NCBI GenBank assembly: GCA_049720475.1
Contig: JBNASH010000034.1
Coordinates: forward strand, 1-52,001
DNA: 52,001 nucleotides
DNA from: Minisyncoccia bacterium
Lineage (GTDB): Bacteria; Patescibacteriota; Minisyncoccia; UBA6257; JAAZHW01
Reading direction: 5' to 3'
In this document: piece after piece, positions 9,781 through 18,626 of the stretch
Numbering within the stretch: position 1 is the stretch's first letter
How the letters are laid out: the number at the start of each line of letters is the position of its first letter
The notes under the pieces: generated by a model
Databases searched by the model: none
Told to the model about the DNA's origin: nothing
Seen by the model: only the letters and a program-made list of their open reading frames with translations
Made by a program: the position numbers and the translations under genes

Positions 9781-9851
9781 AGCGGGATGGAGAAGTAGTA
9801 TCTCGCGAGGCCCATAACCTCGAGACCCGGGTGCAAATCCCGGTCCCGCAA
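9781..9851 (+). tRNA. initiator-like tRNA (CAT) with atypical loops
   Basis: It folds as agcggga tg gaga agtagta tctc g cgagg cccataa cctcg agac ccggg tgcaaat cccgg tcccgca a. The 1:72 mismatch (A:A), A11:U24 pair and tcccgcaa 3' end parallel E. coli tRNA-fMet. C33, G55 and a D-loop without GG are non-canonical. Confidence 0.6.
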
Positions 9852-9876
9852 CAGCGTTTGTTCTTTGATAGATCCT

Positions 9877-9948
9877 GCCGATGTAGCTCAATGGTTAGAG
9901 CGGAGGATTCATAACCCTCAGACGGTGGTTCGATTCCACCCATCGGCA
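9877..9948 (+). tRNA. tRNA with CAT anticodon (elongator Met, or Ile2 if lysidine-modified)
   Basis: It folds as gccgatg ta gctc aatggtta gagc g gagga ttcataa ccctc agac ggtgg ttcgatt ccacc catcggc a, with an A31:C39 mismatch. Confidence 0.85.
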
Positions 9949-9954
9949 CAGTCA

Positions 9955-9984
9955 ACAAAAAACCGCCGGTTAGGCGGTTTTTTG
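9955..9984. terminator. bidirectional intrinsic terminator between the tRNAs (+) and rpsT (-)
   Basis: aaaaaaccgcc-ggtta-ggcggtttttt is a GC stem flanked by an A-run and a T-run. Confidence 0.8.
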
Positions 9985-9986
9985 AT

Positions 9987-10250
9987 TTAGGCAATGCTTT
10001 TTAATTTTTTGGCTAAACGTGACTTAAGTCGTGAAGCAGTATTTTTCTTTATTAGATTAGTTTTTGCTGCCTTGTCTAATTTTTTATAAACAACAGTCAA
10101 TTGTTTTTTGGCTTCTTCTAATTTTTTTTGTTCGATTAATCTTTTGTATTTTTTTATTTCAGCCTTAAGAAACTCCTTTTTTTGTTTGTTGATAAAATAG
10201 CGTTTTTTGGATTTTCTTAAGGCTTTAATGGCTGATTTAGTTCTAGGCAT
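9987..10250 (-). CDS. rpsT: 30S ribosomal protein S20
   Basis: The product starts MPRTKSAIKALRKSKKRYFINK and is an 87-aa basic helical protein. Confidence 0.9.
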   Translation of the reverse strand: MPRTKSAIKALRKSKKRYFINKQKKEFLKAEIKKYKRLIEQKKLEEAKKQLTVVYKKLDKAAKTNLIKKNTASRLKSRLAKKLKSIA

Positions 10251-10347
10251 ATTTTTGATATTTTAGTTTATGGTTTTATTTTAAAAAAAGAAAAAAGAAA
10301 GTCAAATTCTATTTTACACGCCATTTTTTTGATTTATAATAAAATAT

Positions 10348-10923
10348 ATGATTTATTTTATTGATGGTGAAATAGTCTTTGTTTCTTCGCGTTTTATTGT
10401 TATTAAAAGTGGGGGAATCGCCTTTAAAGTCTTTGTTCATCCCGAAACAATTGCTAATTTAAACAATCAGCAAAATGTTCGCTTATACGTGTATTTAAAT
10501 GTTAAAGAAGACGCTCTAGAGCTTTACGGATTTTTAACTCAAGAAGAATTAGAATTTTTTGAATTGCTTAATTCAGTGGCTGGCGTTGGGCCGAAATCAG
10601 CTCTAGCTTTAATTGGTCTTGGTTCAATTCAAAATTTAAAGGCCGCCATTTTGACTAATAAGATTGAATTTTTAACCAAAGCGCCGGGGATTGGTCGAAA
10701 GACAGCCGAACGGATTATTTTGGAACTAAAGTCGAAATTATCTAATGAAGAAGGAATTGCTGAAAGACTAGAATCTGATTTGGAATTAGAAAATGCTTTA
10801 AGCGATCTCGGTTATCATAGGGAACAAATTAGAAGAGTTTTAAAAGAAATTTCTAAAAAAGAAGCCCCATTTGCTGAAAGATTAAAAGAAGCGCTTAAAT
10901 TATTAGGAAACAAAAAACAATGA
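10348..10923 (+). CDS. ruvA: Holliday junction branch migration complex subunit RuvA
   Basis: The product starts MIYFIDGEIV and has HhH motifs (VAGVGPKSALALI, APGIGRKTAERIILEL) and a C-terminal domain III. Confidence 0.9.
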   Translation: MIYFIDGEIVFVSSRFIVIKSGGIAFKVFVHPETIANLNNQQNVRLYVYLNVKEDALELYGFLTQEELEFFELLNSVAGVGPKSALALIGLGSIQNLKAAILTNKIEFLTKAPGIGRKTAERIILELKSKLSNEEGIAERLESDLELENALSDLGYHREQIRRVLKEISKKEAPFAERLKEALKLLGNKKQ

Positions 10924-12305
10924 TAAAAAAAATCAAAAAAATTTTAAAAAAAATTTTTCCAAGCTGGCTTATCAATTGGTATCATTATTTTTTAGTTTTT
11001 TTAGCAGCAGTTTATTATGGTTTTCCTTCTCGGAAATTAATAATTATTGGAATTACTGGAACGAAAGGCAAAACAACTGTTGCGGAATTGTTAAATGCCT
11101 TCTTGGAATCATTTGGTAAAAAAACAGCAATGATTAATTCCTTACGTTTTAAAATCGATAATCAAAGTTGGGTTAATGATTCTAAAATGACTATGCCGGG
11201 CCGTTTTTTTATCCAGCGATTTTTATGGCAGGCTCTTAATAGGGGATGTTATTATGTCATTTTAGAAGCTACTTCTGAAGGATTAAAGCAATTTCGTCAT
11301 AAATTTATTAATTTTGATGTGGCGGTTTTTCTAAATTTACAGCCGGAGCATTTAGAAGCACACAATAATTCAATGGATGCATATTGCTCTGCTAAAGAAA
11401 AATTATTTGCGGCCATAGAAAAACCGCACAAAAATATTCCATTAAACCATCAAATAGGGAAAATAGATTGCTATACAAAAAAGAAAATGATTGTTAATAT
11501 TGATGATGAATATAGTGAACGATTTTTAAAATATCGAGCCGATGAAAAAATAGGTTTTGCTATAGAAAAAGATAAAAAAGAAGGTATAAACGTCCTATTT
11601 AAACCAACTTCTTATCAACTTAGTACCGAAGGCATCGATTTTGTTTTAAATAATGAAAAATTTCACTCACCTTTAAAAGGGAAGTTTAATTTGTATAATT
11701 TATTGGCTGCTATAGCAACTGCTTCTGCTTTAGAAGTGCCATTGAAATTAATTCAGCATTCTGTTGCTAATTTTTGTGGGGTGCCAGGCAGATTTGAAGA
11801 GATTACTGAAGGGCAAGATTTTAAGTTAATTATTGATTTTGCTCACACCCCAGATTCTTTAAAAGCGGTTTATGAAACTTTAAGAAATTTATTTTTAACT
11901 CAAGCCGATAATAAATTAATTTGTATTTTGAGTGCTACTGGTGGCGGTCGCGATAAATGGAAAAGGCCAGTAATGGGCGAAGTGGCTGCTCAGTATTGTG
12001 ATGAAATTATTATTACCGATGAAGATCCTTATGATGAGGATCCTAAAAAAATCATGTTGGACATTGCCAAAGGAATTGAGAAGAAGAACAAAAAATTCCA
12101 GATTATTGAAGATAGGCGTCAGGCAATTGCTGAGGGTTTAAAATTATGTAAGAAGAATGACTGTTTGATAATTACCGGCAAAGGAGCGGAACAGGTAATG
12201 GTTATAAAAAATGAAAAGAAAATCCCCTGGGATGACCGTCGAGTCGTAAGAGAAGAATTAAAAAAAATAATTAATGTCGCCAAAGAAAAATCAGAAACAA
12301 TTTAA
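10920..12305 (+). CDS. MurE-type Mur ligase with the N-terminal domain replaced by a hydrophobic segment
   Basis: The product has the P-loop GITGTKGKTT, EATSEGLKQFRH, NLQPEHLEAH, DFAHTPDSL and ATGGGRDKWKRPVMG...IITDEDP, which align with the MurE central and C-terminal domains. Its start overlaps the ruvA stop (ATGA). Confidence 0.8.
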   Translation: MIKKIKKILKKIFPSWLINWYHYFLVFLAAVYYGFPSRKLIIIGITGTKGKTTVAELLNAFLESFGKKTAMINSLRFKIDNQSWVNDSKMTMPGRFFIQRFLWQALNRGCYYVILEATSEGLKQFRHKFINFDVAVFLNLQPEHLEAHNNSMDAYCSAKEKLFAAIEKPHKNIPLNHQIGKIDCYTKKKMIVNIDDEYSERFLKYRADEKIGFAIEKDKKEGINVLFKPTSYQLSTEGIDFVLNNEKFHSPLKGKFNLYNLLAAIATASALEVPLKLIQHSVANFCGVPGRFEEITEGQDFKLIIDFAHTPDSLKAVYETLRNLFLTQADNKLICILSATGGGRDKWKRPVMGEVAAQYCDEIIITDEDPYDEDPKKIMLDIAKGIEKKNKKFQIIEDRRQAIAEGLKLCKKNDCLIITGKGAEQVMVIKNEKKIPWDDRRVVREELKKIINVAKEKSETI

Positions 12306-12699
12306 AATTTTACCTCATACCGCCGATACGCGTTTGTTAATTTTCGGCAGCTCTTATGCCGATATTTTCACTAATGCTTTGTTGGGGATGAAAGCAATTA
12401 TTAAACCAAAAGAAGTAGACGAAGAAACGCCGTGGCGAAAGATTAAAATTGAATCTGTTGATTCTACCGCGTTGCTAGTAGATTTTTTGTCAGAAGTTTT
12501 ATATTTGATGCAGACGAATAATGAGACATATGACAAATTAAAAATTTTTCAAATAACCAGTTGTTCTTTAGAGGGAGCAATTCAGGGTAAAAAAATAAAA
12601 GGTGTAGAAGAAGAAATTAAAGCGGTGACTTACCACGAAGCTTATATTCAACAAAAAAGTGATAATCAATGGGAAGCAATGGTTATTTTTGATTTATGA
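12274..12699 (+). CDS. archease
   Basis: The product has FKILPHTADTRLLIFGSSYADIF...AVTYHEAYIQQ...WEAMVIFDL, the archease HTAD and VTYH signatures. Confidence 0.8.
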   Translation: MSPKKNQKQFKILPHTADTRLLIFGSSYADIFTNALLGMKAIIKPKEVDEETPWRKIKIESVDSTALLVDFLSEVLYLMQTNNETYDKLKIFQITSCSLEGAIQGKKIKGVEEEIKAVTYHEAYIQQKSDNQWEAMVIFDL

Positions 12700-12706
12700 T
12701 AAAAAT

Positions 12707-12982
12707 ATGGATGAAATAAAAAAAATAATAAATAGAAAACTAAATCGTTTAGGTATTAAAAAGAGAATCAATGAAATTGCCATTTGTAATTATACGGAGG
12801 ATTTTTTAAAAAATTTTTTAAAAAACATTCATCCTCAGGAAATCAATTTATTTAACCGAGTTTTGATAATCAAAGTGGCTGACGCTATCGAAGCTAATGA
12901 ATTAAAATTTTTTGAAGAAGAAATTAAATTCTTTTTAGCTCAAAAAGGGTATCAAATAAACAAAATAAAAATTATATTTTAA
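12707..12982 (+). CDS. DUF721/DciA-like small protein
   Basis: The 91-aa product runs LNRLGIKKRINE...NRVLIIKVADAIEANELKFFEEEIKFFLAQKGYQINKIKI, which resembles the DUF721 pattern. I chose the ATG at 12707 because the tracked start at 12659 overlaps the end of the archease gene. Confidence 0.45.
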   Translation: MDEIKKIINRKLNRLGIKKRINEIAICNYTEDFLKNFLKNIHPQEINLFNRVLIIKVADAIEANELKFFEEEIKFFLAQKGYQINKIKIIF

Positions 12983-15487
12983 TTAGAAACTCCCGCCTTT
13001 AAAAAATATCACATCTTTTTGTTCACAATAATTATAAACATCACAGGCCACAACTTTAATTTGGTTTTGTTCTTCTAAGCTTGATGGGAAATACTGAAGT
13101 TGATAAGTTCCGTTGATAGCCATGTTTTCTTCTTTAATTAATTGGTCATTAAAATAAATTTTTAGATTATTAATTGGATTTACTGAGCTGATTTCTAAAG
13201 CAATATTTATTGGGCCAAGAACAACAAAATCACCGTTTTGAGGTTGCAGAAAATTGATTTTAATTTTTTCTGTTGGTTTTGTATCGCTATTTTCAATGGT
13301 TGCATATTGGTAAGGAATTACCGCATTATATTGTTGGGGATTGGGCAAGTTGGCAAAAATCCATTGGCTAATAGGCCATTCCCAATTTTGCGCTTGCGGA
13401 TCGTCGAAGTTTAAGGGTGATGGTCCCAAAATATCATTTTTATTAATCCAAAAGAGAATATTATGAATTTGAGGATAAGACACGTCGCCGATTTTTAAAT
13501 TGATTATGTATTGGCCTTTAAGTATGGGTTTTTCAACAGCAACAGGATCGGGCTTGGGAAATGTTTCTGGTTGATATTTTTTTAATGCTTCAATCATAAA
13601 ATTATGCCAAATCGGTACAGCGGCAAGGATACTGCCACCACCTTTTTGCATTGGCGTGAAATCATTATTACCAGCCCAAACTACCGCCACTAAAAACGGA
13701 GTATAGCCAACAGTCCATGCATCACGATAATCTTGAGTGGTACCTGTTTTAGCAGCAATTTCATAACTTGGAATTTCCAAAAGATTACCCGGTGCGAATA
13801 ATCCAATACGAGCTTGTTTATCTGATAAAATATCATTGATCATTCTAATATACTGACTTTCAAAAACTTGTTTGCTTTCGTCTTTGTATTCTTCCAACAC
13901 ATTACCTTTAGCATCTTCAACTTTTAAGATAGCGGTTTGTTTATGCTGAATACCATCTTGAGCAAAAACAGAATAAGCTTGGGCCATATCGATAGGCTTA
14001 ACTTCTCCGCCGCCTAAAACTAACGATAAACCATATCTTTGAATATCGTTTAAAGTTGTAATTCCTAATTGATGGGCAGTGTTGATAGTATCTTTAATAC
14101 CAGCAATATAAAGAACTTTAACGGCTGGGACATTGATAGATTGAGCTAAAGCATGTCTTAGATCAACAGGTCCTCTAAAGGTTAAATCAAAATTGTTTGG
14201 ATGATAACAATCGAGACCATAGCGGTCTTTTTCTTGGTCGGCAGTAGGAGCACAATTAGGGTTGAATTCGGTTTTTAAGTCAAAAACAATTGTTTCCGGA
14301 GCCAATCCTTTTTTAAAAGCAGTTAAATAGGCAAATGGTTTAAAAGCAGAACCGGGTTGACGTTTGGCGGTAATAACATTGAAATTGCCATCAACGCTTT
14401 CATCAAAATAATCTCTTGAACCAACCATGGCCAGAATTTGACCAGTTTTTGGATCTTGGGCGATTAAGGCAGCATTTTTACCTTTGTACAATTGTTCATT
14501 TCTTTTAGCACCTTCATAAACGGCTTTTTCGGCGATTTGTTGAAGGTCCCAGTCCAACGAAGTAATAACTTTCAAACCCCCATTTTCCACCATATCATTA
14601 CCATATTTATTTTCCAAATATTCTTTTACAAACATTATAAAATGAGGAGCCGCAATTTTTTCTGCGCGATAAGCAAATTTAATTTTTTCTTCGAGCGCTT
14701 TTTTATACTCTTCCTCCGAAATAAAATTAAGCTCTAACATTTTTTTCAGAATTATTTTTTGGCGATTAAATAATGCTCCTTGGTTATTTCCATAAGGAGA
14801 ATAATAAGAAGGTGCTTTTGGTAGGGCGGCCAAAATTGCCGATTCGGCTAGAGTTAAATCTTTAGCATTTTTATTGAAAAAGGTTTGAGCGGCAGCTTCG
14901 ATGCCATAAGCATTGGAGCCATAGGGAATTTGATTGAGATAGATTTCTAAAATCTGGTCTTTGGTATAATATTTTTCTAATTTTATTGCCAAAAAGATTT
15001 CTTTGATTTTTCTTGAAATGGTTTTTTCGGGCGAAAGATAAGTATTTTTGACTACTTGTTGAGTAATTGTTGAGCCACCTTGTGCAAATCGCCCCTCTTT
15101 TAAATTAACAAGAATCGCCCTAATTAACGATTTCCAATTAAAAGCAGGATGTTGATAAAATTCAGCATCTTCGATAGCAATAGTGGCTTTTTTAACATAA
15201 TCAGGAATTTCTGAAATAGGCAAAAAGGTGCGTTTTTCTTCTCCGTGAATTTCATAAAGCAAAACCTTACCAGTACGGTCATAAATTTTGGTTGATTGAT
15301 TTAAAATTCTTTGGCCAAAATTAGTTGGGTCAGGGAGAGTAAAATATAAATAAGCAGTATAACCAGTCCCCGCGAGACCTAATCCAACAACAATTAACAA
15401 AATAATCAAAACACCCAATTTCTTAATTTTCGGTTTGGAATGATATTTTTTAGTCTCCAAGAGTTGTTTATTAAGCCGTTTCACCAT
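12983..15487 (-). CDS. class A penicillin-binding protein (PBP1A type: glycosyltransferase plus transpeptidase) with a C-terminal extension of about 190 aa
   Basis: N-terminal transmembrane helix; GT51 motifs (EDAEFYQHPAFN, GGSTITQQVVKN, RKIKE); transpeptidase motifs SAFKPF, SIN and KTGTT. Confidence 0.9.
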   Translation of the reverse strand: MVKRLNKQLLETKKYHSKPKIKKLGVLIILLIVVGLGLAGTGYTAYLYFTLPDPTNFGQRILNQSTKIYDRTGKVLLYEIHGEEKRTFLPISEIPDYVKKATIAIEDAEFYQHPAFNWKSLIRAILVNLKEGRFAQGGSTITQQVVKNTYLSPEKTISRKIKEIFLAIKLEKYYTKDQILEIYLNQIPYGSNAYGIEAAAQTFFNKNAKDLTLAESAILAALPKAPSYYSPYGNNQGALFNRQKIILKKMLELNFISEEEYKKALEEKIKFAYRAEKIAAPHFIMFVKEYLENKYGNDMVENGGLKVITSLDWDLQQIAEKAVYEGAKRNEQLYKGKNAALIAQDPKTGQILAMVGSRDYFDESVDGNFNVITAKRQPGSAFKPFAYLTAFKKGLAPETIVFDLKTEFNPNCAPTADQEKDRYGLDCYHPNNFDLTFRGPVDLRHALAQSINVPAVKVLYIAGIKDTINTAHQLGITTLNDIQRYGLSLVLGGGEVKPIDMAQAYSVFAQDGIQHKQTAILKVEDAKGNVLEEYKDESKQVFESQYIRMINDILSDKQARIGLFAPGNLLEIPSYEIAAKTGTTQDYRDAWTVGYTPFLVAVVWAGNNDFTPMQKGGGSILAAVPIWHNFMIEALKKYQPETFPKPDPVAVEKPILKGQYIINLKIGDVSYPQIHNILFWINKNDILGPSPLNFDDPQAQNWEWPISQWIFANLPNPQQYNAVIPYQYATIENSDTKPTEKIKINFLQPQNGDFVVLGPINIALEISSVNPINNLKIYFNDQLIKEENMAINGTYQLQYFPSSLEEQNQIKVVACDVYNYCEQKDVIFFKGGSF

Positions 15488-15530
15488 TGTTAAAATATTA
15501 TTTAAATTATAATTAAATTATAAAAAATAA

Positions 15531-15565
15531 AAAGGCCAGTCTAAAAATAGACTGACCTTTTTATT
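15531..15565 (-). terminator. intrinsic terminator after the acidic-protein gene
   Basis: On the minus strand, ggtcagtct-attttt-agactggcc is followed by ttttt. The plus strand is also T-flanked. Confidence 0.7.
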
Positions 15566-15578
15566 TTTTTTGTATTAT

Positions 15579-15785
15579 TTAAAATTCTTCTTCTTCAAGA
15601 TCATCTAATTCTTCTTCTTCTGATAATTCTTCTTCGTCAAAAAGATCTTCATCTAATTCATCTGATTCAAAATCTTCCAAATCCTCATCATCTAAGTTTT
15701 CTTCTAATTCTTCTTCGGGTTCTTCTAATTCTTCTTCCTCCTCGGCAAAATTAAGCCATTGTAAATCTTTAAGAGCCAGTTCCAT
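15579..15785 (-). CDS. hypothetical, extremely acidic 68-aa protein
   Basis: The product is MELALKDLQWLNFAEEEEELEEPEEELEENLDDEDLEDFESDELDEDLFDEEELSEEEELDDLEEEEF, more than half Asp/Glu. The gene has its own terminator. Confidence 0.6.
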   Translation of the reverse strand: MELALKDLQWLNFAEEEEELEEPEEELEENLDDEDLEDFESDELDEDLFDEEELSEEEELDDLEEEEF

Positions 15786-15906
15786 TTTTGAAATTTATAA
15801 AAGCGACCTTTTTTATCTTTGAATAAATATTATCAAAATAATAAAATTCTCTTCAAAAATTTAATTTTAAAAATTATATTTTTATTTATTTTGATAGTCA
15901 AGAGAT

Positions 15907-16236
15907 TTAACTGATTTTATTGCCAGCGGCCATCTTTTTATCAGGTACTAATAAAGCAATTTTACCATTTTCATCAACTGCTGCCAACAGCATGCCTTGG
16001 CTTTCAATGCCTTTGAATGTTTTTGGTTCAAGATTGGTAATAACAACGATTTGCTTGCCAATTAAATCTTCTGGTTGATAATCAAGACCAATGCCAGAAA
16101 CAATAGTTTTTTCTTGACCCCCAATATCAATTTTTAACTCTAATAATTTATCGGTGCCGACCACTTTTTTAGCCTCAATAATTTCCGCAACACGGATGTC
16201 CAATTTTTTGAAATATTCTAAATTTATTGTTTTCAT
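15907..16236 (-). CDS. free-standing tRNA-binding OB-fold protein (CsaA/Trbp111/EMAP-like)
   Basis: The product has FKKLDIRVAEIIEAKKVVGTDKLLELKIDIGGQEKTIVSGI...IVVITNLEPKTFKGIESQGMLLAA, the canonical tRNA_bind domain. It is 109 aa long. Confidence 0.85.
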   Translation of the reverse strand: MKTINLEYFKKLDIRVAEIIEAKKVVGTDKLLELKIDIGGQEKTIVSGIGLDYQPEDLIGKQIVVITNLEPKTFKGIESQGMLLAAVDENGKIALLVPDKKMAAGNKIS

Positions 16237-16238
16237 TT

Positions 16239-16820
16239 TTATTCTTTAAAACTTTCGACTTGGTATATTTTAATATTTAACTTTTCTTTTTCCCAAATGT
16301 CAACTGGCAAACCAGCTTTTAAGCAAAGAGAGGAGATGAATTCTTTTTTATTGGGAATTTCTTCCCAAACTTGAGGGAGATAAGTGGCTTGATAAATTCC
16401 CTTTTGGATAATTACACCATCAATATTAGGTCGCAACAGATTTAAAAGTTCAGAAGGATTTTGATATTTTAATTCTTGAGGTGGCGTTAGAATAGATATT
16501 TCTATTTTTATTTTTTCCAACTCTTTTTTGGTAAGAGGAGGAAAACGAAAATCAAAAAAAGCAGCGTTGACAGCGTTTTCAATAACATCTTCAAAGAGGG
16601 GTTGAACGGCTTCCAAATGACCAATGCAACCTCGCAAATAACCGTTTTCAGTTAAGGTCACAAAAGTAGCGCGATTTTCTTTTAAGACCGGCGACAATGA
16701 CCGGATTTCGTTATCAGACAGTTTGAGAAACGAATTGTTTTCTAAAAAAAATCCGATGCTTTTCCGAGCTAAAGAAAGTAAAAATTTTTTATCTTTTTCT
16801 GGAAGTGATTTTTGGGTCAT
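16239..16820 (-). CDS. AMMECR1 domain protein (AmmeMemoRadiSam system protein A)
   Basis: The product has the LRGCIGHLEA motif and the size and layout of the AMMECR1 family. Confidence 0.85.
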   Translation of the reverse strand: MTQKSLPEKDKKFLLSLARKSIGFFLENNSFLKLSDNEIRSLSPVLKENRATFVTLTENGYLRGCIGHLEAVQPLFEDVIENAVNAAFFDFRFPPLTKKELEKIKIEISILTPPQELKYQNPSELLNLLRPNIDGVIIQKGIYQATYLPQVWEEIPNKKEFISSLCLKAGLPVDIWEKEKLNIKIYQVESFKE

Positions 16821-17614
16821 TTTTCAGTGAAAAGATAAGCACCATAGCCGACGACATTACTACTATCACCAGTTTCATTATAAGAAGTTTGATATTGAAC
16901 TAAGTGTGTTTGCCAATTCATTTTTCGAGCAAGAAGGGCAACTGCTAAAATTCCTGCTTGGCCACACGCCTCGATATGTTTTATTTCTTCAATATTTAAT
17001 TGAAGAATTGCTTTATGGCAATTGCTGTCAATTTTTTCGGCTAGTTCTAAAGGATAATAATGACTCAAATCACTACTAATGATAATTATAGTTTGCGAAT
17101 CAAAAATTGAAAAAAGAAATTGAGTTAATTTTTTGGCAAAAACGTTGTCATTTATTAAAATAGGTAAAATTTTAAAAGAAGGAAGTATTGTTTGGAGAAA
17201 GGGTAATTGTACTTCTAATGAATGTTCATATTGAAAAGCTAAATTATTGATGGGGTAATTGCGTGGCGGGGGTATTAATTCGACTTTGCCCAAAGGAGTT
17301 TCCCAATATTTTAGGTTAGTAAAAACAAATTCATTAATAGCAACTTGATGTGATGGACCAATTAGAATTATTTTTTGAGGTTTTGTTTTTATTTTTTGAA
17401 GATATTTATATGCGGAAGCAGCGGTGGGGCCAGAATAAATATAACCCGCATGCGGAACGATTAAAGCTTTGATTTTATTGGGGTTAATTGTTTTGATTAC
17501 TGTCGCCGCATCCAAAAATTTTTCAACCATTGTTTTTAATTGTGAGGCGCTTTGAGGATAAAATAACCCCGCCACAGCTGGTTGACGAATATCAGATTCA
17601 TTTCCAAATTCCAT
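16817..17614 (-). CDS. MEMO1-family protein (AmmeMemoRadiSam system protein B)
   Basis: The product has PAVAGLFYP, VPHAGYIYSGPTAASAY and SSDLSHY, the Memo-like signature. Confidence 0.85.
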   Translation of the reverse strand: MEFGNESDIRQPAVAGLFYPQSASQLKTMVEKFLDAATVIKTINPNKIKALIVPHAGYIYSGPTAASAYKYLQKIKTKPQKIILIGPSHQVAINEFVFTNLKYWETPLGKVELIPPPRNYPINNLAFQYEHSLEVQLPFLQTILPSFKILPILINDNVFAKKLTQFLFSIFDSQTIIIISSDLSHYYPLELAEKIDSNCHKAILQLNIEEIKHIEACGQAGILAVALLARKMNWQTHLVQYQTSYNETGDSSNVVGYGAYLFTEK

Positions 17615-18626
17615 GAATTTTATTGCCGCATTTCAAACAGCGACCATTTTGGAAATCAGGCTGTATTTCTATTTCATAACCCGAGCGCTTGATTAACAAG
17701 GTTTGGCAATTGGGACAATAAGTATTTTCAAATCCTTCTTCATTAACATTTCCTAAATAAACGAAATTTAACTTTTTATTTTTACCAATTTTATACGCAG
17801 TTTGGAGCGTACTTAAATCAGTTGGTGGATAATTGCTCATTTGATAGGCGGGGAAAAATCTGGAAATATGCCAAGGGATATCAATATCAATTTTTGCAAT
17901 AAAATCGGCAATTGCTTCTAATTCTTTTTCTGAATCATTTTCTTGAGGAATAATCAGAGTTGTAATTTCCACCCAAACTTTTAGTTGATGAAACTTTTTA
18001 ATATTTTCTAAAACAGGTTCTAGTTTGGCTCCACAGATTTTTTGATAAAATTTATCGTCAAAAGATTTTAAATCAATATTAATTGCATCAAGATAAGGAG
18101 CAATTGCTTTGATTGTTTCTTTTGATTGATAGCCATTGGAAACAAAAACATTTTTTAATCCATGTTTTTTAGCCAGAACCATTGTGTCATATGCATATTC
18201 AATAAAAACTGTTGGTTCGTTATAAGTGTAGGCAATAGATGGTAGTTTATTTTCCAAACAATATTCAACAATTTTTTCGGGTGGCCAAGTTTCTTTTGTT
18301 TCTGCTATTATTTTTGTAAATTCTTTATTTAATTTTGGAAATTGGCTGATATCCCAATTTTGACAAAAGGCGCAGCGGAAATTACAACCAAAAGTACCGA
18401 AAGAAAAAATTTCGCTGCCGGGCAAAAAATGAAAAAGCGGTTTTTTTTCGATAGGATCTATATTGACAGATACGGGTCTGCCATAGGTTAGAGGAGTAAG
18501 TTTTCCATCAGTATTTAACCTCACCCCACAGATACCAGTTGAATTATTTTTAATTTGACAATAATGCGAACAAGCCAAACATTGAATATTTTTAGTTTTG
18601 TTAATTTTTTTGAAAAAAACTGCCAT
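17598..18626 (-). CDS. AmmeMemoRadiSam system radical SAM enzyme
   Basis: The product has a CNFRCAFCQNW radical SAM cluster, an extra N-terminal Cys cluster (CLACSHYCQ...GICG) and a C-terminal CPNC...CLKC zinc-ribbon-like pair. Confidence 0.85.
   Translation of the reverse strand: MAVFFKKINKTKNIQCLACSHYCQIKNNSTGICGVRLNTDGKLTPLTYGRPVSVNIDPIEKKPLFHFLPGSEIFSFGTFGCNFRCAFCQNWDISQFPKLNKEFTKIIAETKETWPPEKIVEYCLENKLPSIAYTYNEPTVFIEYAYDTMVLAKKHGLKNVFVSNGYQSKETIKAIAPYLDAINIDLKSFDDKFYQKICGAKLEPVLENIKKFHQLKVWVEITTLIIPQENDSEKELEAIADFIAKIDIDIPWHISRFFPAYQMSNYPPTDLSTLQTAYKIGKNKKLNFVYLGNVNEEGFENTYCPNCQTLLIKRSGYEIEIQPDFQNGRCLKCGNKIHGIWK

Noticed and set aside
9612-9994. Minus-strand ORFs 9612..9851 and 9767..9994
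   Set aside because: They run antisense through the end of hppA and the two CAT tRNAs (again the GGIEPPS artefact). They are not genes.
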